A stretch of 64,000 nt of DNA, taken from the NCBI GenBank assembly GCA_902535975.1, contig CACAVP010000004.1:1719-65718 (forward strand), in the 5' to 3' direction. Source of the DNA: an uncultured Gammaproteobacteria bacterium. Its GTDB lineage: Bacteria > Pseudomonadota > Gammaproteobacteria > GCA-002705445 > GCA-002716945. Under the pieces are notes generated by a model that had not been told where the DNA came from, did not search any database, and was given only the letters and a program-made list of their open reading frames with translations. Position numbers and translations under genes: made by a program. Shown here piece after piece: positions 37,763-49,511 of the stretch. Numbering within the stretch: the first letter of the stretch is position 1; each line of letters begins with the position of its first letter.

Positions 37763-37844
37763 GCCGATGTGGTGGAATTGGTAGACACGCTGTCTTGAGG
37801 GGGCAGTGGCGAGAGTCGTGCCGGTTCGAGTCCGGCCATCGGCA
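37763..37844 (+). tRNA. leuU: tRNA-Leu (anticodon GAG), class II long variable arm, CCA not encoded
   Basis: I folded the cloverleaf by hand. The acceptor is gccgatg/catcggc, the anticodon stem is ctgtc/ggcag with loop ttGAGgg, and the T-arm is gccgg-ttcgagt-ccggc. The variable arm is 13 nt. It starts at the base right after the secG stop codon. Confidence 0.9.
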
Positions 37845-37849
37845 TGCGT

Positions 37850-38422
37850 CTAGGGGCTAACCCATGTATCTTTGGCTGATTCCTTAACAAAAATGTTTGC
37901 ACGCCTGTGTCCCTCTCTCTTAAGGTACAGCCAATCAATCTTGTCAATTTCTACATCGATTACTGAAAAAGCCTCACTTTCTTTATCAATTATTTCTTTT
38001 GAGAAGTCATTGTAACTGTCCATAATTTTTCCTGGACTAGGTACTTGAAAATAACATTCTTTTGACATATCACTCATGTTGGCCCATGCATGTGAAGATC
38101 TATCATTATCGTAATTCACTACTGCTCGACCAAAACATCTAATCTGTATTTTCATTCCTTTACTATAAAAAACACAACAAACATTCGGGTTTATATTTAA
38201 GTCTTTTATCTTATCAGCATGATAATTTGAGTGGAGAGTAATAATACCATTTTCTGAATTATAACCACGAAGAACTACTGTTCTACCTGTAGGGAACTTT
38301 CCCGATGTGCAAAATGTAAAAGTTCTGAAATCTGACCTCCTATTTTTAACCCCTTCAGTGAGGCTACTCGATATATTTTCTCTTACATTTTCTAATGTTT
38401 CTAACGTATTTTTTGCGCTCAT
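37850..38422 (-). CDS. Pyridoxamine 5'-phosphate oxidase-like FMN-binding family protein
   Basis: The 190-aa product has the split-barrel pattern FRTFTFCT....PTGRTVVLRGY.....I.LHSNYHADKIKDL..NP.V. Its stop lies 5 nt from the tRNA-Leu 3' end. The family call is from pattern memory. Confidence 0.6.
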   Translation of the reverse strand: MSAKNTLETLENVRENISSSLTEGVKNRRSDFRTFTFCTSGKFPTGRTVVLRGYNSENGIITLHSNYHADKIKDLNINPNVCCVFYSKGMKIQIRCFGRAVVNYDNDRSSHAWANMSDMSKECYFQVPSPGKIMDSYNDFSKEIIDKESEAFSVIDVEIDKIDWLYLKREGHRRANIFVKESAKDTWVSP

Positions 38423-38473
38423 AATTAATGTAATGCTAATTAGTATTTGAGTATATATAGGATATAATAAGAC

Positions 38474-38830
38474 ATGCTATATGAATACCTGCCAATATTA
38501 ATTTTTTTAGCTTTAGCGCTGCTATTCGCGTCAGTGATGCTATCTGCTGGCTTTATATTTGGAGGCAGTAACCCTGATGACGAAAAAAACTCGCCATATG
38601 AATGTGGCTTTGAACCCTTTGAAGATTCTCGAATGAAATTTGATGTAAGATTTTACCTTGTTGCAATTCTATTTATTATTTTCGATTTAGAAATTGCATT
38701 TTTATTTCCATGGGCAGTTGTTTTAGATCATATAGGACTTGAAGGTTATCTAGCAATGGCAATATTTATTCTTATACTTCTAGTTGGATTTATTTATGAA
38801 TGGAAGAAAGGAGCTTTGGAATGGGATTAG
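38474..38830 (+). CDS. nuoA: NADH-quinone oxidoreductase subunit A
   Basis: The 118-aa product has 3 TM helices and the motif PYECGFEPF. Confidence 0.9.
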   Translation: MLYEYLPILIFLALALLFASVMLSAGFIFGGSNPDDEKNSPYECGFEPFEDSRMKFDVRFYLVAILFIIFDLEIAFLFPWAVVLDHIGLEGYLAMAIFILILLVGFIYEWKKGALEWD

Positions 38831-39300
38831 AAAATATACAAAGAGACGGCTTCGTTCTTGCAGATTCCGAGAGTCTGTTTGATTGGGCAAGAACTGGATC
38901 ACTATGGCCAATGACTTTTGGCTTAGCATGTTGTGCAGTTGAAATGATGCATGCGGGCGCTTCCCGTTATGATTTAGATAGATTCGGTATGTTATTTAGA
39001 CCTAGTCCTAGACAATCAGATGTTATGATTGTTGCTGGAACTTTAGTAAATAAAATGGCTCCTGCGTTAAGGAAGGTATATGATCAAATGGCAGATCCAA
39101 AATGGGTTATATCAATGGGGTCGTGTGCAAATGGTGGAGGCTATTATCATTATTCATACTCAGTTGTTCGTGGTTGCGATAGAATAGTTCCTGTTGATGT
39201 TTATGTTCCTGGTTGTCCACCAACTGCAGAAGCTTTGCTGTATGGAATTCTTCAACTGCAAAATAAAATTAGAAATAAAAATAGAATTAAAATTAAGTAA
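38821..39300 (+). CDS. nuoB: NADH-quinone oxidoreductase subunit B
   Basis: I moved the start to ATG 38821 ([11 protein letters not shown]...). Motifs are [26 protein letters not shown] and PGCPP, the N2 cluster ligands. Confidence 0.95.
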   Translation: MGLENIQRDGFVLADSESLFDWARTGSLWPMTFGLACCAVEMMHAGASRYDLDRFGMLFRPSPRQSDVMIVAGTLVNKMAPALRKVYDQMADPKWVISMGSCANGGGYYHYSYSVVRGCDRIVPVDVYVPGCPPTAEALLYGILQLQNKIRNKNRIKIK

Positions 39301-39306
39301 TTAGTT

Positions 39307-39948
39307 ATGAATAAAATCAGGGAATTACTTGACGGCCATATTGTTGATTACATTGAATCAGATATGACTACAATTACAGTTGATAAATCTAAGTTAAAAA
39401 AAGTACTGTCAATACTGAAAGAAGATATAGATTTAAAATTTACACAACTCGTTGATCTTTGTGCTGTAGATTATGTCGAATATGGTGATTCTGAATGGCA
39501 AACAAAAGAGGCAACAAGTACTGGCTACAACAGAGGAATAAGACCGTCTTCACATAGTAGAATAGATTTCTCAAATGAAACAAATGAAGATGAGTATGAT
39601 TTATGCGTGACTTACCATTTACTATCGATTACTCAGAATCAAAGAATTAGAGTTAAATGTTTTCTCGATGATGACTCTTTAGTAATACCATCGGTCACTG
39701 ATTTGTTTGCATCTGCTGATTGGTATGAAAGAGAGGCATACGACTTATTTGGTGTTCTATTCGAGGGACACAACGATCTCAGAAGAATTCTCACAGACTA
39801 TGGCTTTATTGGACATCCTTTTAGAAAGAAATTTCCTTTAGTGGGAAATACTCAAGTAAGGTATGATCCCGAGCAAAGAAAAGTTGTGAATGAGCCGGTT
39901 GACATAGAACCAAGAACGCTAGTTCCAAAGGTTATTAGGAAGAAATAA
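39307..39948 (+). CDS. nuoC: NADH-quinone oxidoreductase subunit C
   Basis: The 213-aa product has the 30-kDa subunit motif [25 protein letters not shown]. It is a separate gene, not fused to nuoD. Confidence 0.9.
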   Translation: MNKIRELLDGHIVDYIESDMTTITVDKSKLKKVLSILKEDIDLKFTQLVDLCAVDYVEYGDSEWQTKEATSTGYNRGIRPSSHSRIDFSNETNEDEYDLCVTYHLLSITQNQRIRVKCFLDDDSLVIPSVTDLFASADWYEREAYDLFGVLFEGHNDLRRILTDYGFIGHPFRKKFPLVGNTQVRYDPEQRKVVNEPVDIEPRTLVPKVIRKK

Positions 39949-41201
39949 TGAGTGATTATAAAAACTTTACTATGAATTTTGGTCCTCAACATCCTGCAGC
40001 ACATGGGGTGCTTAGACTAATTTTGGAAATGGATGGAGAAGTGATTCGAAGTGCAGATCCGCATATTGGTCTTCTTCATAGAGCAACAGAGAAGCTTGCA
40101 GAATCAAAACCTTATAATCAAAATATAGGTTACATGGATCGTTTAGATTATGTATCAATGATGTGTAATGAGCATGCGTATGTTTTAGCAATTGAAGACA
40201 TGATGAAGCTCGATATACCTGAGAGATCAAAATATATTCGAGTTATGTTTGATGAAATTACGCGTATATTAAATCATCTACTGTGGTTAGGTGCTCATGC
40301 ACTGGACATAGGGGCAATGTCTGTATTTTTGTACGCATTTCGAGAAAGAGAAGACTTAATGGATTGTTATGAGGCTGTATCTGGAACCAGGATGCATGCA
40401 ACGTATTACCGTCCAGGCGGTGTTGCAAAAGATTTACCGAACATCATGCCTAAATACATGCTCAATAAGAATCAGAACCTCGATCAAGTTGAAAAACTTA
40501 ACTATAACCGCGAAGGATCTCTTTTAGATTTCATAGATAGCTTTATTGATAGATTTCCAAAAAATGTTGACGAATATGAAAATCTATTGACTGATAATAG
40601 AATTTGGAAACAAAGAACAGTAGGCATTGGAGTAGTTTCTCCTGATCGAGCAATTGATCTTGGTTTTACAGGACCTATGTTGAGAGGCTCAGGGGTCCAA
40701 TGGGATCTAAGGAAGAAGGAGCCGTATGAAGTATATAAAAACCTTGAATTTGACATTCCTGTAGGCACAGAAGGTGACTCATATGATCGATATCTTGTAA
40801 GGATGCAAGAAATGCGGGAATCCGCCAAGATCATAAAACAATGCTGCGACTGGTTAAAAAATGATAATGGAGATTTTATATCATCAAATAATAAGATAGC
40901 ACCGCCCGATAGAGACGCTATGAAAGAAAACATGGAATCTTTAATCCATCATTTCAAGTTGTTTAGTGAGGGTTATTGTTTGCCAGTTGGTGAAACATAT
41001 AAATGTGTAGAGGCACCAAAAGGTGAATTTGGAATTTATATGATTTCTGACGGTGCCAATAAACCTTATAGGCTAAAAATAAGGGCGCCCGGATTTCCTC
41101 ATCTAGCCTCACTGGATGAGATGGCAAAAGGGCATATGTTATCTGATGTGGTGACAATTATAGGAACACAAGATATTGTATTTGGAGAGATTGATCGATG
41201 A
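39948..41201 (+). CDS. nuoD: NADH-quinone oxidoreductase subunit D
   Basis: The 417-aa product has [15 protein letters not shown] and [10 protein letters not shown], and ends DIVFGEIDR. Confidence 0.95.
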   Translation: MSDYKNFTMNFGPQHPAAHGVLRLILEMDGEVIRSADPHIGLLHRATEKLAESKPYNQNIGYMDRLDYVSMMCNEHAYVLAIEDMMKLDIPERSKYIRVMFDEITRILNHLLWLGAHALDIGAMSVFLYAFREREDLMDCYEAVSGTRMHATYYRPGGVAKDLPNIMPKYMLNKNQNLDQVEKLNYNREGSLLDFIDSFIDRFPKNVDEYENLLTDNRIWKQRTVGIGVVSPDRAIDLGFTGPMLRGSGVQWDLRKKEPYEVYKNLEFDIPVGTEGDSYDRYLVRMQEMRESAKIIKQCCDWLKNDNGDFISSNNKIAPPDRDAMKENMESLIHHFKLFSEGYCLPVGETYKCVEAPKGEFGIYMISDGANKPYRLKIRAPGFPHLASLDEMAKGHMLSDVVTIIGTQDIVFGEIDR

Positions 41202-41692
41202 TACATGACATTCTATCAGAAAATGTTAGAAAAGAGATAGATTCTATAAGATCTAAATTTCCGCATGATAAAAATAAATCATCCATAATAGAATCATTAC
41301 TTATTATTCAACATGAAAACCGCGGATACCTAAATGAAGAATTAATTGGAGCTCTTGCAGAGTATTTGAATGTTCAAAAAATTGATGTATATGAAGTAGC
41401 AACCTTCTACTCCATGTTCAATCTTAAACCTGTTGGTAAAAATACTATATCGGTTTGTACGAATGTATCCTGTATGTTGAGAAATTCTGATCAGATAGTT
41501 GAGTATATAGAAAAGAAATTAAAAATAAAAATTGGTCAGTCTACCAAAGATAATAAATTTTATCTTAAAGATGAAATGGAATGTTTAGCTGCATGTAATG
41601 GAGCGCCAATGATGCAAGTAAATCATGTAAATTATGAGAATTTAACTTTTGAGAAAATTGATAAAATTTTAGATGGAATAAAAGATGATTAA
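41198..41692 (+). CDS. nuoE: NADH-quinone oxidoreductase subunit E
   Basis: The 164-aa product has the 2Fe-2S ligand contexts SVCTNVSC and [12 protein letters not shown]. Confidence 0.9.
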   Translation: MIHDILSENVRKEIDSIRSKFPHDKNKSSIIESLLIIQHENRGYLNEELIGALAEYLNVQKIDVYEVATFYSMFNLKPVGKNTISVCTNVSCMLRNSDQIVEYIEKKLKIKIGQSTKDNKFYLKDEMECLAACNGAPMMQVNHVNYENLTFEKIDKILDGIKDD

Positions 41693-42950
41693 GGTGTGTA
41701 CTCAGACATTTGACCATAAAGATCCATCAAGTATTCAAACTTACACTAAACTCGGTGGATATTCTGCATGGAGGGAGATATTAAATCAGCAAACTCCAAA
41801 GTCTCAGGTAATAGGAGTAATCAAAGACTCTCAGTTAAAAGGCAAAGGTGGTGCCGGATTTCTTACAGGCTTAAAGTGGTCATTTATATCACCAAATGAA
41901 TCACAAAAATATTTGGTCTGTAATTCAGATGAGAGTGAACCAGGAACTTGTAAAGATAGAGACATATTAAGATATAATCCTCATTCTGTTATCGAAGGAA
42001 TGTTAATTGCTTGTTACGCCATTGGGGCATCGGTTGGTTATAATTACCTTAGGGGTGAATTTATTGGCGATCAATGGAAAGTAACAAATAATGCAATAAA
42101 GGAGGCATACGAGCATAACTTTATTGGAGATAATATTTTGGGTTCAAATGTCTCTATAGACATCATTCCATTAATAGGGGCTGGTGCCTATATAGTTGGA
42201 GAAGAGACTGCTATGCTTGAATCTATTGAGGGGAAAAGAGGTATGCCTAGGATTAAACCGCCATTTCCAGCAGTTCAAGGACTTTATGGTAAGCCTACGA
42301 TAATCAACAATACAGAAACTATAGCATCCGTTCCATATATCATAAAAAATGGAATAGATTGGTACAAAAATTTAGGTGAAGGTGACGCTCATGGAGTAAA
42401 AATGTTTTGCATGAGTGGGCATCTCAACAAACCAAAAGTTATAGAGGCGCCACTGGGAACACCATTTTCAAAATTATTGGATGAGTGCAATGGAATACTA
42501 AATAATAAAAAACTAAAAGCTGTTATACCTGGGGGATCTTCTGTACCTGTTGTTAAGGGTGAGGTTATAATGGACACCCCAATGGATTATGAGCCTCTAA
42601 TGAAAATTGGCACTATGCTAGGGTCTGGCGGTGTAATTGTAATGGATGAAACAACATGCATGGTATCTGTTCTCGAACGCATATCTAGATTTTATTACGC
42701 TGAATCGTGTGGTCAATGTACGCCATGTCGTGAGGGAACTGGCTGGCTTTATAAAACACTTGTAAAAATAAGAGCGGGTCAAGGAAACCAATCAGATCTA
42801 GACTTACTTAACAGAGTTGCTAATCAAATTGAAGGACATTGCATATGTGCTCTGGGTGATGCTGCAGCTATGCCCGTCAAAAGCTTTCTCACAAACTTTT
42901 GGGATGAGTTCGAGTACTATGTTGAAAAAAAACAATCAATGATTATTTAA
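41685..42950 (+). CDS. nuoF: NADH-quinone oxidoreductase subunit F
   Basis: The 421-aa product has the FMN/NADH site LKGKGGAGFLTGLKW, plus CNSDESEPGTCKDR and the 4Fe-4S motif ESCGQCTPCREG. Confidence 0.95.
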   Translation: MIKVCTQTFDHKDPSSIQTYTKLGGYSAWREILNQQTPKSQVIGVIKDSQLKGKGGAGFLTGLKWSFISPNESQKYLVCNSDESEPGTCKDRDILRYNPHSVIEGMLIACYAIGASVGYNYLRGEFIGDQWKVTNNAIKEAYEHNFIGDNILGSNVSIDIIPLIGAGAYIVGEETAMLESIEGKRGMPRIKPPFPAVQGLYGKPTIINNTETIASVPYIIKNGIDWYKNLGEGDAHGVKMFCMSGHLNKPKVIEAPLGTPFSKLLDECNGILNNKKLKAVIPGGSSVPVVKGEVIMDTPMDYEPLMKIGTMLGSGGVIVMDETTCMVSVLERISRFYYAESCGQCTPCREGTGWLYKTLVKIRAGQGNQSDLDLLNRVANQIEGHCICALGDAAAMPVKSFLTNFWDEFEYYVEKKQSMII

Positions 42951-45185
42951 ATGCACATATACATTAATGATATAAAATTCGACGTAAATGAAAATGATAC
43001 TATCATTCAGGTAGCAGATCGTAATGATATTCATATTCCGAGATTTTGTTATCACAAAAGGTTAAGCATAGTAGCAAGTTGTAGAATGTGTCTTGTCGAC
43101 ATTGAAAATATGAAATATCCTCAGCCAGCATGTTCCACGATTGTTAAAGAAGGGATGAGAGTAAATACTAATAATAGATCCGCAGAGGAAGCTCAAAAAA
43201 ATACAATGGAGTTTTTACTAATTAATCACCCTCTTGACTGCCCTGTATGTGATCAAGCCGGAGAGTGTGAGCTTCAAGATGTTTCTCTTGAGCATGGTGA
43301 TTATAAGTCTGCATACAAAGAATTAAAGCGAACAGTTATTGATAAAAATATTGGCGAACTAGTTAGTACTGAAATGACCAGGTGTATACATTGCAGCAGA
43401 TGTGTTAGATTTGGCGAGGAGGTTGCTGGAATAAAAGAACTAGGAATGACTGGTAGGGGTGAAGACACTAAGATTGAGACTTTCATTAATGAAGGTCTAT
43501 CATCTCAACTTTCTGGTAATGTTATTGACCTATGTCCTGTTGGCGCGCTTAATAATAGTTTATACAAATATAGTGCTCGCACATGGGATTTGAAGCAAAT
43601 GTCCTCAATTTCCTCAAATGACTGTCTTGGTTCTAATATTTTTTACCATACATACAATGATGAGATAAAGCGTTGTATCCCAAAAGAAGATGAAGAGATA
43701 AACTTATCTTGGTTGTCCGATAATGATCGTTTTGGTTACGAGGGGATCAAATCCGAAGAGAGAATTTTACATCCTTTGATTAGACATAACGAAAATCTAG
43801 AGAAAACTGATTTTAATTCTTTATCAGATAAATTTATTGAATACTTGGAGAAATACTCATCCGGATCATGTGCCATAATGTCAGCACAATCATCTTGTGA
43901 GGAAATGTTCCTTTTTCAAGATTTACTCCGAAATAAAAATGTAAGAAAAATTGATCATAGATCTAAGGAATGTGATTTTAGGTATCAAAAAAATTTTCCT
44001 GCAATTCCATCATTTGATATTAAACTTGCTGACATACAATCTCTAGACAATATTATAATTGTTGGTGCTAATATTTCAAAAGAGTTTCCTATTTTGTCTA
44101 TATATTTTAGAGATGCATCCAAAAATAATTCTACAAATATATTTTCGCTATCAACATACGAATTTGAGGAGAACTTCCCTTTAGAAAAATCTGATACTTT
44201 AAACAGTCAAGAGCTAGAAAATTATTTCACTGATTCAAATAATAAGTCGAATATTAATCTTGATAAAAGTAAAAAAAATCTTATATTGATTGGACCAGCT
44301 ATTTCATATCTCTCTAACTACTCAAATATTCTCAATAATTTCAGTGAATATGCTAAATCGATCAATGCAAATTTTGCACTATTGGGTGATCAGGCAAACA
44401 CATCTGGTGCATGGGCGATGGGAATATTGCCTCATAGACTGCCTGGAGGTGTTTCTATTGACGACCATGATGACAGCTATGAGCTATTGAGCAATAAAGA
44501 TGACCTACTGATACTCTATAATCTTGAGCCAGAATATGATTTTTCAGATGACAATAGAATTGTAGATAAATTAAAGGAATCAAAAGTTAACATATTCTTC
44601 TCTTCTTATATGACAGAATCAATAAAAAAATATGCTGATATTGTTTTTCCATTATCAACGCAAGTTGAATCAAGTGGCTCTTATTTGAATACAAATAAAA
44701 AGCTGCAGCACTATAATAAAATTATCAATCCACTTGGGGATAGCCGAGAAGGAGCAGATATCCTGCTAGGTTTGTGTAATACAATAGGCAAGGGTTATAC
44801 TCATGATTCAATTAGAGAGAAGATTAAAAAAATATTAGCTGAGATTAATATTAGTAATAATTATGTTCAAATTAAAAATTTAATGAAAAATAATAGTTCT
44901 GATTACCTAGAGAAGATGATTATAAGAAATCCTAATTCAAGTAATCCGACACTCAGAAGATGTAATTCTATAATAAAAACCCACGACAACGATGATTACT
45001 TTAGTCTGCCATCAAATAAAGACGTAAGTAGTGATGATAAATTTATATTTAATGAAAAAAATAATAAATTTAAACTCACCATTAAACAGAAAACTCATAC
45101 TAAACCGATTAATGCAGTTTTGGTAAAAATAGGTGGAACACATAAACAAAAGATAGGCGCCTACAGTACTGAAATAGACTTATAA
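42951..45185 (+). CDS. nuoG: NADH-quinone oxidoreductase subunit G
   Basis: The 744-aa product has the Fe-S motifs [29 protein letters not shown] and [10 protein letters not shown], then a molybdopterin-like domain. The C-terminal part is very Asn/Lys/Ile-rich. Confidence 0.9.
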   Translation: MHIYINDIKFDVNENDTIIQVADRNDIHIPRFCYHKRLSIVASCRMCLVDIENMKYPQPACSTIVKEGMRVNTNNRSAEEAQKNTMEFLLINHPLDCPVCDQAGECELQDVSLEHGDYKSAYKELKRTVIDKNIGELVSTEMTRCIHCSRCVRFGEEVAGIKELGMTGRGEDTKIETFINEGLSSQLSGNVIDLCPVGALNNSLYKYSARTWDLKQMSSISSNDCLGSNIFYHTYNDEIKRCIPKEDEEINLSWLSDNDRFGYEGIKSEERILHPLIRHNENLEKTDFNSLSDKFIEYLEKYSSGSCAIMSAQSSCEEMFLFQDLLRNKNVRKIDHRSKECDFRYQKNFPAIPSFDIKLADIQSLDNIIIVGANISKEFPILSIYFRDASKNNSTNIFSLSTYEFEENFPLEKSDTLNSQELENYFTDSNNKSNINLDKSKKNLILIGPAISYLSNYSNILNNFSEYAKSINANFALLGDQANTSGAWAMGILPHRLPGGVSIDDHDDSYELLSNKDDLLILYNLEPEYDFSDDNRIVDKLKESKVNIFFSSYMTESIKKYADIVFPLSTQVESSGSYLNTNKKLQHYNKIINPLGDSREGADILLGLCNTIGKGYTHDSIREKIKKILAEINISNNYVQIKNLMKNNSSDYLEKMIIRNPNSSNPTLRRCNSIIKTHDNDDYFSLPSNKDVSSDDKFIFNEKNNKFKLTIKQKTHTKPINAVLVKIGGTHKQKIGAYSTEIDL

Positions 45186-45187
45186 TC

Positions 45188-46201
45188 ATGGATATTATTT
45201 TTTATATTATTAACACACTTGTGTCGATATTGATGGTTGTTGCGCCCTTGTTTTTAATCGTAGCATACGTCACATATTCAGAAAGAAAAATTATTGGTTT
45301 TATGCAATCAAGGATGGGTCCAACAAGAGTAGGACCTTCTGGTCTACTTCAACCCATAGCGGATGTTTTAAAATTAGTTTCTAAAGAAATAATAATCCCT
45401 ACTAATGCAAATAAAGGTATTTTTCTCACAGCACCAATGTTAATGCTTGTCCCATCGTTGCTGGTTTGGGCTGTGATCCCATTGTCTGAATTTTTCATCA
45501 TCTCAAATATTAATGCAGGTTTGTTATTTATCTTAGCCCTTACTTCACTGAGTGTGTATGGGGTAATTCTTGCGGGATGGGCCTCTAACTCAAAGTATGC
45601 ATTTCTTGGTTCTATGAGATCAGCAGCTCAAATTATTGCATACGAGATAGCTATGGGTTTTGCTCTAGTTGGCGTGTTAATGCTCTCCGGGAGTTTAAAT
45701 TTACAAGTTATAATTCAAGAGCAGTCAGGATCAATACTCAACTGGTTCTGGATCCCCTTATTCCCTCTTTTCTTGATTTATTTTATTGCTGGAGTTGCTG
45801 AGACAAACAGAGCACCATTTGATGTATCGGAAGGTGAATCAGAGATTGTGGCTGGCTTTCATGTTGAATACTCTGGTATGGCATTTGCGATGTTTTTCCT
45901 CGCAGAATACATGAATTTAATACTTATAAGTATACTATCCAGTATCATGTTTTTTGGAGGTTGGTTATCGCCTTTTCAAGGAACGTTTTTAGATGCTTAT
46001 TTCTCCTTTGTCCCAGGCTTTGTGTGGCTATCACTCAAAACACTCATTTTTATTTTTATATTTTTATGGTTGAGAGCAACTCTACCGAGATATAGATACG
46101 ATCAAATCATGCGTTTGGGATGGAAGGTTTTTTTACCAATAACATTCTTTTGGCTTACGGTTATAGGTATACTAATATATCTTAAATATTTACCATTATA
46201 A
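45188..46201 (+). CDS. nuoH: NADH-quinone oxidoreductase subunit H
   Basis: The 337-aa polytopic product has [26 protein letters not shown] and [15 protein letters not shown]. Confidence 0.95.
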   Translation: MDIIFYIINTLVSILMVVAPLFLIVAYVTYSERKIIGFMQSRMGPTRVGPSGLLQPIADVLKLVSKEIIIPTNANKGIFLTAPMLMLVPSLLVWAVIPLSEFFIISNINAGLLFILALTSLSVYGVILAGWASNSKYAFLGSMRSAAQIIAYEIAMGFALVGVLMLSGSLNLQVIIQEQSGSILNWFWIPLFPLFLIYFIAGVAETNRAPFDVSEGESEIVAGFHVEYSGMAFAMFFLAEYMNLILISILSSIMFFGGWLSPFQGTFLDAYFSFVPGFVWLSLKTLIFIFIFLWLRATLPRYRYDQIMRLGWKVFLPITFFWLTVIGILIYLKYLPL

Positions 46202-46203
46202 TT

Positions 46204-46686
46204 ATGAATAAGATTATCAAGTTTATAAAAAGTTTATTCTTTCTTGAGATACTGAAAGGACTCAAAATAACAGGTCGTAAATTATCTAAGAAACCAATAA
46301 CAATCCAGTACCCTGAGGAAAAAACGCCACTATCATCAAGATTTAGAGGGTTACATGCTCTAAGAAAATATCCTAATGGTGAAGAAAGATGCATTGGTTG
46401 TAAGCTATGTGAGGCTGTATGTCCTGCATTAGCTATTTCAATGGATACCGAGGTGAGGAGTGATAACACTAGAAGAACTACTAAATATGAAATTGATTTA
46501 TTTAAGTGCATTTACTGTGGCTTCTGTGAAGAGGCATGTCCAGTAGACGCAATTGTTGAAACAAGTATATTTGAGTATCATTTTGAGCGCAGGAAAGATA
46601 GTGTGATGAATAAAATTGATCTTCTCAAAATAGGTGATATGTATGAGAAAGAAGAGCTTAAAGATAGAGAAAAAAATAAATTATGA
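46204..46686 (+). CDS. nuoI: NADH-quinone oxidoreductase subunit I
   Basis: The 160-aa product has two 4Fe-4S ferredoxin motifs, [12 protein letters not shown] and [12 protein letters not shown]. Confidence 0.95.
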   Translation: MNKIIKFIKSLFFLEILKGLKITGRKLSKKPITIQYPEEKTPLSSRFRGLHALRKYPNGEERCIGCKLCEAVCPALAISMDTEVRSDNTRRTTKYEIDLFKCIYCGFCEEACPVDAIVETSIFEYHFERRKDSVMNKIDLLKIGDMYEKEELKDREKNKL

Positions 46687-47279
46687 ATATTGAACTTATA
46701 ACTTTTTTTATTTTTAGTTTTTTACTAATTGTCACATCTATTAAAGTAATTACATCTCCAAATCCTGTTTTATCTGCAATTTATTTAGTTTTTTCATTTT
46801 TTTTATCTGCAGTATTGTGGCTTTTGTTAGGCGCTGAATTTTTATCAATCATACTCATTCTGGTATACGTAGGTGCTGTAATGGTGTTATTTTTGTTTGT
46901 TGTTATGATGCTTGATATCAATATTGCAAAAAAGAGTGCAGCATACATTAAGTATCTACCAGTCGGTGTTGGAGTCTTTATAATATTTAATGTACTGATA
47001 ATATTCTTCTTTATTAATACTTTTGAGAATATTAATTATAATGCGATCAATAGCATCAATGTCATAAGCGAGAGTAACACTGAAAATCTTGGTTATGTTT
47101 TGTTTACTGATTATATTGTTGAATTTGAGATTGCGGGTTTAATTCTTTTACTTGGTATTTTGTCTGCAATCGTTCTTACTTATCGAAAAAATCCAAATAA
47201 TAAATATCAAAATCCAACAGAACAAATTGACGTAGAAAAAAAGGATAGATTGAAAATTATAAAAGGTTTAAAAGAGTAG
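46683..47279 (+). CDS. nuoJ: NADH-quinone oxidoreductase subunit J
   Basis: The 198-aa product is hydrophobic and has the motif [17 protein letters not shown]. Its position in the operon supports the call. Confidence 0.85.
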   Translation: MNIELITFFIFSFLLIVTSIKVITSPNPVLSAIYLVFSFFLSAVLWLLLGAEFLSIILILVYVGAVMVLFLFVVMMLDINIAKKSAAYIKYLPVGVGVFIIFNVLIIFFFINTFENINYNAINSINVISESNTENLGYVLFTDYIVEFEIAGLILLLGILSAIVLTYRKNPNNKYQNPTEQIDVEKKDRLKIIKGLKE

Positions 47280-47280
47280 T

Positions 47281-47586
47281 ATGATACCAATAAGCTATTA
47301 TCTTATATTAAGCACTATTATATTCACTTTGTCTATTGCAGGGATATTTCTAAATAGAAAGAATATATTAGTCCTTCTAATGTCATTAGAGTTGATGTTT
47401 CTATCGGTCAATTTTAATCTAATTACATTAGGCAACTACCTTGGGGATCTTACAGGACAAGTTTTTGTCTTTTTTGTTCTCACTGTTGTAGCTGCTGAGT
47501 CTGCTATTGGCCTTGCACTACTAATTGTGCTTTTCAGAAATAAAAAAACTATAGATGTTGATGATCTATCGGAGCTTAAGGGTTGA
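47281..47586 (+). CDS. nuoK: NADH-quinone oxidoreductase subunit K
   Basis: The 101-aa product has 3 TM helices and the motifs LMSLELM and [13 protein letters not shown]. Confidence 0.9.
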   Translation: MIPISYYLILSTIIFTLSIAGIFLNRKNILVLLMSLELMFLSVNFNLITLGNYLGDLTGQVFVFFVLTVVAAESAIGLALLIVLFRNKKTIDVDDLSELKG

Positions 47587-49511
47587 TAGCATTAACTCTT
47601 ATATTATTGTTGTCACCACTAATTGGAACTCTACTTTTATTGTTTTGTCAAAACTCATCTAAAGATTTAACCATACTCATTTCAAATATTTCTATTTTGA
47701 TTGCTTTCTTGTTATCGTTATTTCTCCTTTATCTTTTTTACTCGGCCAACCCAGGGCCTATATCAGCTAATTTTTTAACATTCGCTGATACAAGTCTTTT
47801 TTCTTTACATTTTGGCATCTACATAGATTCCTTAGCATTAATTATGAGCAGTGTAGTTACATCAGTGTCGCTATTAGTTCATTATTATTCAATCTCTTAT
47901 ATGAAGGACGATACATCATTTAATAGATTTTTTATTTATACTAACTTTTTTACATTTTCCATGCTCTTGATAGTTTTTGCTAATAACTTTTTACAGCTTT
48001 TCATCGGTTGGGAGCTAGTAGGTTTATCATCATACTTACTAATAGGTTTTTGGATAAAAAAAGAATCTGCTATTAAAGCGAACTATAAAGCCTTTCTAGT
48101 TAACAGAGTGGGTGATATTGGATTGCTGTTAGGCTTATGTTTAATACTACTCTCATACAATACAACTGATTATAATCAAATATTTCAAATTAAAAATTCA
48201 ATTAATATTGATAGTGTTAGTATATTTGGATTTACATTTAATGCATTGAGCGCAATTTGCTTACTTTTATTTATTGGAGCTATGGCAAAATCTGCACAAG
48301 TGCCTTTACAATTTTGGTTACCTGACTCAATGGAAGGGCCTACTCCAATCTCAGCATTAATTCATGCAGCAACTATGGTTACTGCTGGTATTTATATGGT
48401 CGCGCGTCTCTCTCCATTGTATGAACTCACAGATGGGGTTTTAATTTTCATACTTTATGTTGGGTCAATTACAGCATTTTTCCTAGGATTAGTTGCTCTA
48501 GTTCAAAATGATATAAAAAGAATAATTGCCTACTCTACCATATCTCAATTAGGATATATGACCGCTGCTTTAGGTGCATCATTATACTCACTAGCAATGT
48601 TTCACTTAATCACACACGCTTTTTTCAAAGCCCTTCTATTTTTATGTGCGGGATCAATCATTATTAAATGTCACCATGAGCAAGATATTAGAAAAATAGG
48701 AGGCCTGAGAAAATATATGCCAATAACATATCTCGCTTTTATGTACGCATCTCTATCATTGATAGGATTCCCTATAACATCTGGTTTCTACTCAAAAGAA
48801 TCAATCATCGATGCAATAGGATATTTTGGACACACAATACCATATCTAATGTTGCTATTATCGATATTTACAACAACATTATATACTTCCAAAATATTCT
48901 TCAAAGTTTTCTTTGGCGAATCTACTTTACCTAAAGAAGAGCAGAATGAAAATCCTAGTAATGAAAATGATAGGCAAATGCTACTTCCGTTATTCATTCT
49001 AACAGCTCCATCTGTATTTCTGGGACTTTTTATTTATGATCCACTTATGATAGGAATTCTTTTTCAAAACTCACTTGCAGCAAATGAGCTTATTATGTCT
49101 TTTTATAACGGTTATGTTATTAACTCCTTCAAATTCTTCCTGCATTCGTTTACGACTATAAATTTTCTAATTTTACTCATAGGTTTAATTTTCAGTTACT
49201 TATACTATTATAAAAAAGCATTCAGTATAAACGTACCGCACTTTATTAGAACAACTCTTACAAAAGAATATGGATTCGAGAGTTTATCTTCATACTTAAT
49301 ACCTAAAGTCCAGAATATTTTTACAAAATATCTGTGGAGGAAGATTGATATTTCTACAATCGATAATGGATTAATCAATAATACATCAAGTTTTATTAAT
49401 AATCTTTCTAGTAAAATGAAAAAACTTCAAACTGGATTTATTTATCACTATTCTCTGATAATTATATCTGCATTAATCTTTTTGTTGATACTTATGAGGT
49501 TAACTTACTGA
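47583..49511 (+). CDS. nuoL: NADH-quinone oxidoreductase subunit L
   Basis: The 642-aa product has a TTG start overlapping the nuoK TGA. It has antiporter-like motifs [18 protein letters not shown] and [22 protein letters not shown]. Confidence 0.93.
   Translation: MIALTLILLLSPLIGTLLLLFCQNSSKDLTILISNISILIAFLLSLFLLYLFYSANPGPISANFLTFADTSLFSLHFGIYIDSLALIMSSVVTSVSLLVHYYSISYMKDDTSFNRFFIYTNFFTFSMLLIVFANNFLQLFIGWELVGLSSYLLIGFWIKKESAIKANYKAFLVNRVGDIGLLLGLCLILLSYNTTDYNQIFQIKNSINIDSVSIFGFTFNALSAICLLLFIGAMAKSAQVPLQFWLPDSMEGPTPISALIHAATMVTAGIYMVARLSPLYELTDGVLIFILYVGSITAFFLGLVALVQNDIKRIIAYSTISQLGYMTAALGASLYSLAMFHLITHAFFKALLFLCAGSIIIKCHHEQDIRKIGGLRKYMPITYLAFMYASLSLIGFPITSGFYSKESIIDAIGYFGHTIPYLMLLLSIFTTTLYTSKIFFKVFFGESTLPKEEQNENPSNENDRQMLLPLFILTAPSVFLGLFIYDPLMIGILFQNSLAANELIMSFYNGYVINSFKFFLHSFTTINFLILLIGLIFSYLYYYKKAFSINVPHFIRTTLTKEYGFESLSSYLIPKVQNIFTKYLWRKIDISTIDNGLINNTSSFINNLSSKMKKLQTGFIYHYSLIIISALIFLLILMRLTY

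Noticed and set aside
38463-38468. A TATAAT hexamer upstream of nuoA, considered as the nuo promoter -10 element.
   Set aside because: It lies only 5 nt from the nuoA ATG and has no matching -35 element. In sequence this AT-rich, such hexamers occur by chance, so I made no promoter call.
44100-45185. The Asn/Lys/Ile-rich, poorly conserved-looking C-terminal third of NuoG, considered as a possible fusion or degenerate region.
   Set aside because: Conserved NuoG landmarks are still present in order, for example [22 protein letters not shown] and the terminal beta-barrel-like segment. The bias matches the genome-wide AT pressure, and the length (744 aa) is within the family range.
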